Assembly: GCA_951406725.2 (NCBI GenBank)
Contig: OX597817.1
Coordinates: forward strand, 32,984,001 to 33,048,000
Direction: 5' to 3'
Source: Octopus vulgaris
Taxonomy: Eukaryota
DNA length: 64,000 nucleotides
This document shows positions 26,113-37,517 of the stretch, piece by piece. Both the position numbers and the translations under genes were made by a program. The notes under the pieces were generated by a model, which made no database searches, had not been told where the DNA came from, and worked only from the letters and a program-made list of their open reading frames with translations. Every line of letters begins with the position of its first letter. Position 1 is the first letter of the stretch.

Positions 26113-26790
26113 GGTGAGCTGGCAGAATCATTTGCACATGGAGCAAAATGCTTAGCAGCATTTTTCTGGCTCTTTAAATTCTGAGTTCAAATTCTGCTTT
26201 TATTAACCCTTTCATCCTTTCAGTGTTGATAAAATAAATACCAGTTGAGCACTGGGGTTGATGGAATTGATTAGCCCCTTCCCAAAATTACGGGCCTAGT
26301 GCCAAAATTAGAAAGAATTACTATTATCACAGCAGTAAGATGGCAGAATCATTGACACTTTGACAAAATGCTTATTGGCATTTTGTCCACCTTTACGTTC
26401 TGAGTTCAAATTCCACCGAGGTCGACTTTGCCTTTCATCCTTTCAAGGTCAATAAATTAAGTACCAGTGAAATGCTGGGGTTGATATAATTGACTCGTCC
26501 CTCCCCCAAAATTTCAGGCCTTGTGCCAACAGTAAAAACGATTAATATTAATATTATTATTATTAGCAAGGTGATGAGCTGGCAGAATTGTTAGCACACT
26601 GGGCAAAATGCTTATCGCCATTTTGTCTGCCTTTACATTCAGAGTTCAAATTCCTCTGAGGTCGACTTTGCCTTTCATTCTTTCGGGGTCAATAAATTAA
26701 GTACCAGTGAAATGCTGGGGTTGATATAATTGACTCCTCCCTCTCCCAAAACTTCAGGCCTTGTGCCTTTAGTAGAAAGGATTATTATTA
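26113..26790 (+). mobile_element. Head-to-tail cluster of three SINE family A copies
   Basis: Units of about 215-230 bp joined by (TTA)n; the 2nd and 3rd units are nearly identical. Confidence 0.85.
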
Positions 26791-27638
26791 TTGAAGGCAT
26801 CGCACAATATCCAATAATCATGATATTATAGATTGAAGATATTGTGTCTGCTGGGGGTTTGCACTGTCTGTCAAGTTACAACATGGATCTCTGACAGACT
26901 ACTTTACGCAATATGCATGCAATTCCAAGTGAAGCTGATTTTTGCTATATACCAAGATTGTAGGGTATTTCTAAAGCTTCCAGATGTTTGCCTTTCATCT
27001 TTTTGGAGTCAAGAAAATAAGTACCAGTTGAATATTGGGTTGATGTAATCGATTTACCCCCTCCCCCAAATTTCAGGCCTTTGCCTATTGTAGAAAATCA
27101 TCATTTAACATCTATTTTCCATGCTGGCATGGGTTGGATGGTTTGACTGAAAACTGGTAAGCTACACCAGGTTCCAATCTGATTTAGGCACTCTTGTTTG
27201 TCCATCCTAGAGGTTGCTATATCCAGCTTTTGGTGCTCTGGAAATCAAAGTTCCAGAGGATCTTTGCCTATCTCTTCCAGTGTATGTTGGTACCAAGCAC
27301 CTGTTATCTTGTATCTATACTTCTGGCTTGCCTTTCATCTTTTTGGAGTCGAGAAAATAAGTACCAGTTGAATATTGGGTTGATGTAATCGATTTACCCC
27401 CTCCCCCACATACTACTTCTGCTCGTGATTAGAGATGCACATATCATCAGCCACTCAGGGATATGCTCAACTGGTTAAGGTCAAACAACTGACAAGCAAA
27501 TCTGTGGTATTGAGGCAGAATATTTGTTGTAGCCTGTCTTTTATACCGAGACAAAACAATGTACATAATAAAACCTCCAATCAGTTAAGCTCAAAAGCTA
27601 TGAGATCCACTGCCTGGTACTGCATTATTATTATTATT

Positions 27639-28198
27639 GAGTGAGAGGGCAGTGCATGCCATCAAAGTGACACAGGGGTAAAATATACGAAGCCCAATAT
27701 ACCCATCATGACTACCCGTCTGATAAGGGTACACCAGGCACATGCATCACAACCATATGTGCGCGACATGGTGATCTCATATCAAGATAAACAGCGCATG
27801 ACTTTGCAGGTGGGGCCCAGTTAGAATTTTCATCAGGTCAAGTAGCCCATCCTGCTCAAAAGGTTCCTGAATAAAGTTTGTTTAAGGATGTTGAAAGAAC
27901 CACCCATGTTTCCAGAGGTGAATTATTCAAACCCCAAAGAATCCCTCTCAACACATGGCTATGATGCTCCCCCACTACTTCTGCTCGTGATTAGAGATGC
28001 ACATATCATCAGCCACTAAGGGATATGCTCAACTGGTTAAGGTCAAAACAACTGACAAGCAAATCTGTGGTATTGAGGCAGAATATATGCTGTAGCCCGT
28101 CTTTTATACCAAGACAAAACAATGTACATAATAACACCTCCAATCAGTTAAGCTCAAAAGCTATGAGAGCCACTGCCTGATACTGCATCAGGGCATTT
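27639..28198 (-). mobile_element. About 560-bp non-coding interspersed element embedded in (TAA)n; probably a non-autonomous retroelement
   Basis: Higher-GC, CpG-containing block bounded by (att)n on both sides, with no ORF. About 220 bp of it is duplicated at 27401-27625. Confidence 0.55.
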
Positions 28199-30157
28199 TA
28201 CTGCATCATTATTATTATTATTAGTAGCTGGCAGAATTGTTAAAGCATGAGTAAAAGTGCTTTGAAGTATTTGTTTTATCTGCGTTATATTGTGAGTTCA
28301 AATTCTTGCTGAGGTCGAACTTTGCCTTTCATCCTCTGGAATCAATCAAGTACCAGTCAAGTACTGGAGTCAATTGTATTGACTAACACCTTTCCCCTCA
28401 ATACTGTCTGTCTTGTGCCTTTCATTCTTTGAGGTTCAATGAAATAAGTGTCCATTGAGCTCTGGAGTTGATGTAATCAACTAGCCCCCTCCCTCCAAAA
28501 TTTCAGGGCTTGCACCTACAGTAGCAAGAACTGTCATTATTATTTCTAATTTAGGTACAAGGTAAGCAGTTCTGAGGTCAATACCATCTTCATCAGTACT
28601 CTTCTGGTGTTCTGTTTTGCAATCCCAAAAGGACAAAAGGCAAGGTTGACCTTTGCAAGATTTAATCCCATAACATGAAGAACCAGAAGAAATAGTGTTT
28701 TTTTTTTCTCTCCATCTTTGTGATACTCAAAGAGATGGACTCCCATACATGACACACCATAACGATAAAACATTTATTCATGACCTAATGATTCATTAAA
28801 GGTTATGGGACTTTTCCCATCTATATATCTGATCATCGTTAAGAATATTTAAATGAAAACAATTGTTAAATTTATTTCCAGGCTTATCTCCTTTTTTTGT
28901 TTGTTTGTTTTGGAGTGGAGGTGGCTATTTGCTGAATATCTCTATTTGGCTCTGCAATTATTCTCTTGACTTGTTTGACAGTTGTTAAATGTGTAACAAC
29001 ATCCAGTCAAAATTTTTTTTTTTATTGCTAGCACCACCTGTATAATTTGAAACAAAAGCATTAAATACATAATTCAGTCTGATTATGGGTAATTGAAGCA
29101 GTTAAAGCACTTAGTATTTTGATATTCTATGTTACAAAAACCTTGCTTTAAGGACATTGTTATCACATAGTTAATAATAGTGTCAAAAGCCTATGACCTA
29201 AGCCATCAACAAAGAGAAAATTTTCACTTTAACATTTCCACTTAAAATTTTCTCATGCAGAATGACAGAATAAATAACTCCAATTTGAAACAAAATCATT
29301 TGCCTAAAACTTTATTGAAATTACACAGAATTTACCATTACTTTAATAGGGTTGAGCTGTGGCTTGCAAAATTAGTAGAGAGATGGACAAAATGCCTTGC
29401 TATCTAGATGCATCTCTTTACTTTGCAAGATCAAACCCTATCAAGATAAACATTCTCACCCTTCCAAGGTTGATAGGGGGGATCAATATAATCAACTATA
29501 CAACTCTCACAGAATTTCTGCTCTTGAGCCTATTTAAAATTCTTTGCTGTTATAACAGAAAAAGAAAACATTTTTGAAGACAAATTTATTTTTAAAAATG
29601 ATTTTTTTTGCATTAGACATATTTTTAGAATAAGGTGGGTACCATCTGTTTGAACTAAAAGTGTGTAGGTAGCTATAGAAACATTGATTTTCTTTTAACA
29701 GCTAAAATATCTAATTAAAACATAAAATGCATGGGTTTTTTTTTTTGTCTGTTTTTAGTATCTTTTTAAAGTTTTATATTTGGTTACTAGATTTTCTTAG
29801 TTACCAACTTGAGAGATAATTATTTTTTAAAAAAAAGTCCATAATCATATTCAATATTTTTGTGTGTGTGTGTATGTATGTATGTGTGTGTGTGTATGTA
29901 TGTATGTATGTATGTATGTATGTGTGTGTGTGTGATTATAATGTTGCTATTGTGCCATTATCAAACTTTGCTATATAGATAGATAGCAAGCAGTAATTAT
30001 GATAGAGTATATCATTGAGCCATTACTGAAGAGTTCCTCTGTGTTTGAGACAAATACTGCATGCATTAATTGTTGAATACTTCCACTGCCTATTGCAGAG
30101 AAACTAATTCCATTTACAAAGACGGAGCCACTGACAAACTTAATTGTGGACATTGCT

Positions 30158-30285
30158 TGCTGTGATCAGCTTTGCCTTTCATCGTTTTAGGGTCGTTAAA
30201 TTAAGTACCAGTTGTGTACTGGAGCCAATCTAATCGACTAGCCCCCTCCCCCCAAATTTCGGGCCTTGTGCCTAGAGTAGAAAAG
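30158..30285 (+). mobile_element. 5'-truncated SINE family A with 16-bp target-site duplication
   Basis: TSD aattgtggacattgct at 30142-30157 and 30286-30301. Confidence 0.85.
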
Positions 30286-30359
30286 AATTGTGGACATTGC
30301 TACTGAGCAACATCATGAAGGTACATCTTAATTTAGTTGATCATATATATTAGGACAGT

Positions 30360-30560
30360 GGTGGTGCATGGCTTAGTGGTTGGGGTGTTGGACTCCAGAT
30401 GGTAAGATTGTGGTTTTGATTCCTGGATTAGGTAATGCTTTGTGTCTTTGATTCCTGGATTGGGTAATGCCTTGTGTCTTTGACTCCTGGCTTGGGTAAT
30501 GCATTGTGTCTTTGAGAAAAGCACTTCATTTTATGTTGCTCCAGTTCACTCAGCTATTAA
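30360..30560 (+). mobile_element. tRNA-derived SINE head (third family) with triplicated 32-bp segment
   Basis: gtgcatggcttagtggttgggg head similar to 7213-7340 (+) and 13680-13765 (-); three tandem 32-bp units at 30416-30511. Confidence 0.6.
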
Positions 30561-30827
30561 AGTAAGTTATCTTGCAATGGACTGGTATCCTCTCCAGGGA
30601 GGAAAATATACACCAGAGAAACCAGGAAACCAGCCCTTTGCACCTTACAAAGTAATGTGAATTAACCATATATATTAGGACAATGTAGTCTATAAGCTCT
30701 CAAAACTCATGAGTGTCTTTTACTGTTTGACAGGAGATCCATAGAGTTGCATGCCAATGTTTAATGTGAGATGTGTGGGTGAGACAATAGATTTGACAAA
30801 AATAGAGGATGAATGTACATAGCTTGG

Positions 30828-30931
30828 TCCAGTTCATTTTTGTAGAAATGTCGGAACTATTGAGAAAATATGTAAGATTGATCCAGTTCATTTTTGTAGA
30901 AATGTAGGAACTATTGAGAAAATATGTAAGA
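30828..30931. repeat. Tandem duplication with 54-bp period
   Basis: tccagttcatttttgtagaaatgt(c/a)ggaactattgagaaaatatgtaaga occurs twice. Confidence 0.9.
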
Positions 30932-32469
30932 ACCATTGTAGGAACCAATAGTAGAAGAGGATCCAATAAATTGATGGGTCAGTAGTTGTACTGTACTAGA
31001 AAGTGGCAGTTTGACAACTAGCTAACCTCTTCTATAGATACGAAAGTGTGTGTGTGTGTGTGTGTAGCAGCTGCACATATCTCTGATATGTGAGCCGCAT
31101 TTGTGCTTTACAGAAGGTCAGTTGCTATTGAAAGTTGAAGAGGAAACCTAGTCATTGGGATACAGTTTTTACCATGTTTTAGATATGTGATTGCATTGAA
31201 AGGTCATCAGAAATTATCAAGCTTAACATTTTGTAGAATCCTTCAACATGTTTAGTTGTAGGTTCTTGCAGAAAATCAAATGGATACAGCTGGAAATCAC
31301 AGGTGTGAAGAGCACATAAAATGGCTTGGTCAGGATTTGAACCTGCAATACAGATGTGGTTGGTAACTCAGTAACACTATACTGGTAGGGTATGCAAACT
31401 TGTGAACATGCACCACACACACAGCACCCCTTCCCTCGACCCTACACACATACACACGCTGTCAATACACACACATCACTAACACAGATACACCATACAC
31501 ACCAAAGTAAAAGGGATTTATGCCCCCCAAAATTTTTTAATTCTACAACAAATCAGTAATAAAGCAACATAGACTTTAGCTGGAACGTTGATTTGAAACA
31601 GGCACTTCTCTTGTTTAATATGATGTCATTAAGCCACTACATAGACTTTCATATCAATTACTTGTCTGTTATAGAAAAAGAATCTACTATAAAATTTATA
31701 GAAAATAACCTACTTTGTAACTTTTACATTGCTGCTGGCTCTTATTAGACAACTAACAGCTGTGGCTGATATCATTGGTCTGACTATATGTGTGTTAGTT
31801 GGTACATAAGAACTCCAGCCATAAAGTATCCTACTTCATCTTAATATTGGAAACCTATTAGTTATTTACCTAAAAAGGTTATCTATTTAGTTTGAATATT
31901 TTAAATGTATGGAAGTGAAGATCACATTCTTAAGTTACTACTAACACTTTGAGAAAATATGTAAGAAGTATTTTAATGATTATATGAAATAAAATGTATG
32001 GGTTTTTTTTTTTTTACCTTGGCCTGACATTTGCTTTTAAGAATTTGATTTCATTATCAGTTCAGTTAATTTTTATTTGTTTGTTTGTAAAATTCATATT
32101 TTAAATATTAGTGTGTGAATTTGATTAGAAAATATTAATGCTTATAGTTTATTCAGATAGTTAACTCAGTTTATGCAAATAGTTTATAAAGATAATTAAT
32201 ATTTAAAGCAATATTCCTTTTTAAAATATATAAATTGTGGACTTAAATTTTACATCAAATTATTTTATGTGTGAAATATTTATGCCATTTCATGCTGCTG
32301 TGATATTTTTTCAAGAGATTCTTCTAGAAAGGCATTAAATTGTTTGTTGCTAGTTAAGTTTTATAGTTAACTTAACAACTTTTGCAAATTTTGATCTACT
32401 TGAGACCTGTTTTTCTTGCCATTTGCAAATGGGGCTCTTGCCCTTAAGAAATTTCACATAAGTAGTGTT

Positions 32470-33590
32470 GTTGCTCTCTGTATCAACAAAGCTTTTGACT
32501 CATCTGGAACATGAGTCTCCTGTGAAAACTGCCTACTTAATGATTTCACCCGTCTTTCATCTCTTGAATCATTGGTTTCTTATTGGAGTATACTGTTGCA
32601 GCATGCACTGATGGGTCTCCCTTATCCACAGTCTATCAACTTTGGTATACCCCAGGTTTCAGTTTTGTTTCCCTATATTCTTTCTCCTTTATTTTGGTAT
32701 ACTTGCCATCACCTCCAGCCATACCCACTTTTCTATTCACATGATACCACCTTTCACTCCTCTGTAATTTTTTGTGCACCAGAGCATTATCTACATGCAA
32801 CCTAGGCACCCTACACCAGTTTATCCATTGACTCCATGAAAAGAGACCTTGAAAACATCCTCCAGTAGGATCATGTTAAAATTGTTTCCTTCATTGGAAA
32901 AATAACAACTAAAAAACACCACAATAACTGCATGTCAAGAAAGCACCATTACACTGCACTGCTCTAAACATGAGTTACAGGCAACCAGTGCTCCAAATGC
33001 TAGGCTCTATTATCAGAGAAGAACTCTTGGTGAGTGCACATCTTTCATCATCATTTAACGTCCGCTTTCCATGCTAGCATGGGTTGGACGATTTGACTGA
33101 GGTCTGGTGAACCAGACTCCAATCTGATCTGGCAGAGTTTCTACAGCTGGATGCCCTTCCTAACGCCAACCACTCTGAGAGTGTAGTGGGTGCTTTTACA
33201 TGCCACCAGCACGGGGGCCAGTCCAGCGGCACTGGCGACGACCTCAAAATCTGCAATTGAGAGAGTAACCTTTCTCTTTGGAGTTAAAAGAAATATTTCA
33301 ATGCCTATTAACTACTAACCTATGAAGTGCAAACAAGACCCACAATTGAGCCTTGCTCTGTTCACTTGCTACATATGAAGTCTTCTCTGTCAGCCTGTTT
33401 GTGATGCTTTTGCATCTACTGGGCATTCATAGTTTATCTAGACATAAACCTTTTCCTGCATACTAAACATAACCATTTCCCAGAATGTAGCACACCTGAT
33501 TTCTTTCCTGCTAATTAGAATTTTGTTTTAAGTTTACTTTGAAGCTTCTTGCTTCTAAGCTCAACATACAGATATTCCTATGGACACCCA
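32470..33590 (+). mobile_element. Highly decayed non-LTR reverse transcriptase remnant (non-RTE LINE), interrupted by a GAT-tailed element
   Basis: INKAFD (cf. SKAFD), GIPQVSVLFP (cf. GVPQGSVLGP), YSHDTT (cf. YADDT) and YEVQTRPTIE (cf. YKxxxRPxxEY) occur in the correct order. Confidence 0.65.
33046..33245 (-). mobile_element. GAT-tailed RTE-type 3' fragment inserted in the older LINE remnant
   Basis: Near-identical to 49435-49640. Confidence 0.8.
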
Positions 33591-34041
33591 GTCTTAAACT
33601 CCTCTGTTATGGCATGGAGAACTATAAGTAGGAGTTTGAAAACTGACCCCTGATAGACAACATCTTGCTTGCTAAATTCTTTGCTGAGCTTGTTATTGTT
33701 TACCATGGTGATGACATTTCTGCACATAGTTTGAATTACATTCACAAGCAATTTATCTGCATCTTGTTTTCATAGACAAGACTAAAGAACATGGTATCCT
33801 GTGAAAGGCCTTTTCCAGTTTAACAAATGCCATGCATAATGGTTTGTTAAAAACTCATTTAGTTGTCCCACTGAGAGGAGAGTACCTGTACCTCTTGGTA
33901 CAGATCTAAACTACATCACATTTAAGCTAATTATCTTCTTAATTAGCTGTCTGTACTATAACTCATTTTGTTACTTTTGGAACTTTGTTCATCAATTTGA
34001 CTCCTCTGTTGTAGCTTCTTTAGAAAATCTTTACCCTTACC

Positions 34042-34044
<3 letters not shown>

Positions 34045-34100
<56 letters not shown>

Positions 34101-34461
34101 CCTTGTTCTCTCTCCCTTGCTCTCTCTCTCCCTTGCTCTCTCTCCCTTGCTCTCTCTCCCTTGCTCTCTCTCCCTTGCTCTCTCTCCCTTGCTCTCTCTC
34201 CCTTGTTCTCTCTCCCGTGCTCTCTCTCCCTTGCTCTCTCTCCCTTGCTCTCTCTCCCTTGCTCTCTCTCCCTTGCTCTCTCTCCCTTGCTCTCTCTCCC
34301 TTGCTCTCTCTCTCCCTTGCTCTCTCTCCCTTGCTCTCTCTCCCTTGCTCTCTCTCTCCCTTGTTCTCTCTCCCTTGTTCTCTCTCCCTTGTTCTCTCTC
34401 CCTCCCTGTTCTCTCTCCCTTGTTCTCTCTCCCTTGTTCTCTCTCTCTTGTTCTCTCTCTT
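34045..34461. repeat. (CT)n microsatellite plus 14-bp pyrimidine-rich minisatellite (CCCTTGCTCTCTCT)n
   Basis: Directly visible. Explains the spurious LSLPCS/RERE ORFs. Confidence 0.95.
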
Positions 34462-34559
34462 GTTATCCCTCCTGCCTCTCTCCATGCTCCTCATGATAGC
34501 ACTTCTCTCCTTTCATTTTAGCATCAATAGTAGCTCTCTCTCTGCACATACTTTTCCCT

Positions 34560-35340
34560 AACTTCTTGACTTGCATTGGCATTGCTTTGATCTTCACAAT
34601 GCAGAAAAAGAAGTTATATGTCTAACTTAGTGAGTTCCTACAGTTGTTTAGTATAGGTGATGTATATCTTCTAATCTAGCCACCTACTATTCTTCCTTAC
34701 TTCCACTTTTTCAGGTTTGTCTCAAAGCTTTTATAACTGTATTTACTGTATCATCCCATTCCTCCACCACCATGATAGTCTTTCATCTTTGTGCTAAACA
34801 CAGATCTCTTTTGTGGTTTGCAGCAGGGTCTTGTAAAAAAAAAAAAATCTCATTTCTCTTCTATGTTGTAAATATTTTTCTTCCTCCTCCTTTTTATAAT
34901 GTGTCATCAAGTACTTCTCTGAATCTACTCTGGTCAAGAGATCCTTCATCTTCCATATCTTCTTTCTCCAAATCACCTCTGAGCCTGTATTGCACTTAGG
35001 TCATTGGTTGTTAGTCTGTGGTACACTCTTCTGTAGGGAAAAATCTAATATTCACAACCAGTTAGTTGTCTTACTTTCTGGTGAGTATGAAGTCTATTTG
35101 GCTGTATATTTGCCAGATTAGTAGGTAATCAGACTGCTGGCTGGTTTCCTGAAGTTAGTGTTGCAAGTTGTTAGCTCACTTTCATCGCAGAACTGAAAGA
35201 GCTTTGATCCTTCTTCATTCTTTGTACCTTATCCATGGCCTTCATATACATCAAATTAGCCAAAGTAGTGCTATGCAACGTGTCTGTTAAAGCCAGCACT
35301 GTGACAATGGGATCACAGTCCTTTGTTAAGAAAACGTTTT
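34560..35340 (-). mobile_element. Decayed AP-endonuclease region of an RTE-like LINE
   Basis: Minus strand gives ..GFNRHV..GHG*GTKNEEGSKLFQFCDESELTTCNTNFRKPASSLITY*SG..SQIDFILTRK..FPTEEC, which are APE motifs with stops and frameshifts. Confidence 0.75.
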
Positions 35341-36210
35341 GCAAGATGGCCTCAGAAATGGTCTCTTTGTTATTTTTTATTACACACATGTACATGCAGA
35401 AGTGTTATTGAAAGAGGTAGAGTTAATATTTCATGGTTTAACTGCACTGTTTTGCAAGTTTATAAAGTCTTGCTCAAATTAGTCAATAATGTTCCCCTAC
35501 TACATTTAATAAGTATTGATTCTGTCCTTAGCCTTTTCCCCCCACTTTGTTTCTCCATCTGTCTATCTCTATCAGAATCAGTTTTCTGATTAGCGAAATC
35601 CACATCCTGTTCATGTTTTCTCTGTAAATATCAACTTTCAACAGTTCAGATTGCACTCAAACAGGCACAGGAACTAGTAGCTTGAAGTGCTGGACTATTG
35701 ACTACAATAGTCACATATCCAAGGCCTTTGCTGCAGCCATTTGTGTTCTGGTCCTGTACAGAACACCTTGCTTAGCTTACTTTCACTTGTTATTCTCTGA
35801 TATCACTCCCATTAATTGTTGTTAGAAAGAAAGATACCAGCACTGAACAGACTTGGCATACAGGCATGGATGTGGTTTAGAAGCTTACTTAGCAGCCATG
35901 TGGTTTTGAGTTCAGTTCCACTGCTCAGCCTCTGGCCAAGTGTTTTCTTCTATACCCCCAAATTGACCAATGCCTTGTGAGGGAATTGGCTAAATAGAAA
36001 CTGTTTGGAAGCTTGTTGTGTGTGTGTGTGTGTGTGTGTGTGTTTGTACCACCACCACCACTGCTTTACAGCCAGTGTTGGCTTGTTTTCATTCCTGTAA
36101 CTGGCAAAAAACAGTCTATTGCATTGTCTTCAGATCTAATTCTCAAAATCAAACACACTGAAGAATTATTTGGGAGTGTTCCAGGTTATGCAGATTCTTC
36201 AGTTGATTAA

Positions 36211-36417
36211 CCCCTTATCATTCAGATTACTCTGTCAAATATAATGCTTATTGGTTTGAATTAATCGTGCATTATCCTGTAGCTCCAACATTTCAATGTG
36301 ATTGTTTGTATTTAGAATGACATTGTGGGGTATGTGTGAAAGTCCGGATTGGGCTTTTTTCAACTTAAAACAGGCAGAATATTTGGACCAGATACGGCTG
36401 GTTTAAATGTTAATGGG
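36211..36417. mobile_element. Second, older TTAA-type MITE family
   Basis: ttaa|ccccttatcatt ... aatgttaatggg|taa imperfect TIRs, about 207 bp. Confidence 0.45.
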
Positions 36418-37441
36418 TAAAATTTGAAAGCAGAAATTGGATTTCTGTTTGTTCAGTATGTTTGAAGGAAATTTGGATTCATTGTTTATTTTTTTAGCAA
36501 TTTACTGTTGTCTCCCTTCTTCTGTGTCTGCCAGTTTGTTTCTCTCCCCCAACTCTGTATATGAATATGTGCTGATGCTTTGGAGATTATTTGGATATTG
36601 TATTGAACTAAGGAAACAAGGTACCATTAGATATTATGAAGCATAGGGTAGGGAAGACTTTATCCTTGTTGCAGACAACTCTGGTGTTGATTGCATGATA
36701 AAATATTCTCAGTCCATATTAGAAAGTGATTACTTGTAGGAAGGGTATCTACCTGAGTTTGGGATAAATATGTTAAGCAGAAGGTGAACTTGACACAGGA
36801 AACTTAGATTTAGTAGGCTGCATTGCAGACAACCTGTCCAGGATGTCAGTAACTTTGAATAAGAAGTCCATGTTGCAAAGTGATTGGTGATGAGAACTTT
36901 TAAGAAAAAAGTATGCAGCACTGGTGGTTTCCTCTGATGCTGTGTGTGCTGGATGACAAATGATAGCAACAAGATGCTGTGAAACATAGGGATAGGGAAT
37001 ATAAAATGATGATGATATATTAAATAAATAACTTTGAAAAAACACCCAAATAAGCATTGTTATATACACATAAGATTAAATAAACATTTTGTTTGCATTT
37101 CCACTTCTATTTTTATGGTTATGCACACAAACTTACAATAATAAATACAAATATATATATATATTATAAATCATGCATATTCAAACACACAGTTTTCCTC
37201 AAAAGATATTTGATATTTTGAAAGAATTCCCTCTCATTGCCTGGTTCTGATCAATTACCATGCCACTTTTTCTAGTTTTCTTTATGATGATTATCTGTTT
37301 TATTGACCTTGTTGACTAATCTAATCAGTTTATTTACTTTGTTGTCAGAAAATCAATGAACTTTTACAAGAAATTACAGCATTTGTCTGTCGTAAGCAAG
37401 TTTTATGAGATTTTCATATAAGTTTTTCTTTTCTTTTTCAG

Positions 37442-37517
37442 TTTTGGCAAACGTCCTCCAGGATGTACACGGCGGACCAGCGAGTGCCTTACTTTGGAGC
37501 CATCGGAAATGATTGTG
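37442..37517 (+). CDS. RAPGEF2: Internal coding exon of Rap guanine nucleotide exchange factor 2/6 (PDZ-GEF); end of the N-terminal cNMP-binding-like region
   Basis: Acceptor ttttcttttctttttcag|, donor |gtcagt. 76 nt = 1 nt + 25 codons, FGKRPPGCTRRTSECLTLEPSEMIV, matching the recalled RAPGEF2/6 motif SFGK...CLVLEPSEMIV. Retains CpGs in a CpG-poor intron. Ends in phase 0. Confidence 0.9.

Noticed and set aside
26113-26790. Regularly spaced repeats superficially like a CRISPR array
   Set aside because: Units are about 220-bp SINEs with A/B boxes; there are no unique spacers or cas genes, and the context is a eukaryotic intron.
33943-34561. Long ORFs on both strands (RERE / LSLPCS repeats)
   Set aside because: Translations of a stop-free CT-rich minisatellite; no splice context or protein similarity.
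36560-36990. Purine-rich block with DFILVADNSGV, reminiscent of an LTR-retrotransposon RNase H motif
   Set aside because: A single weak motif with no other pol motifs recognised; too uncertain to call.
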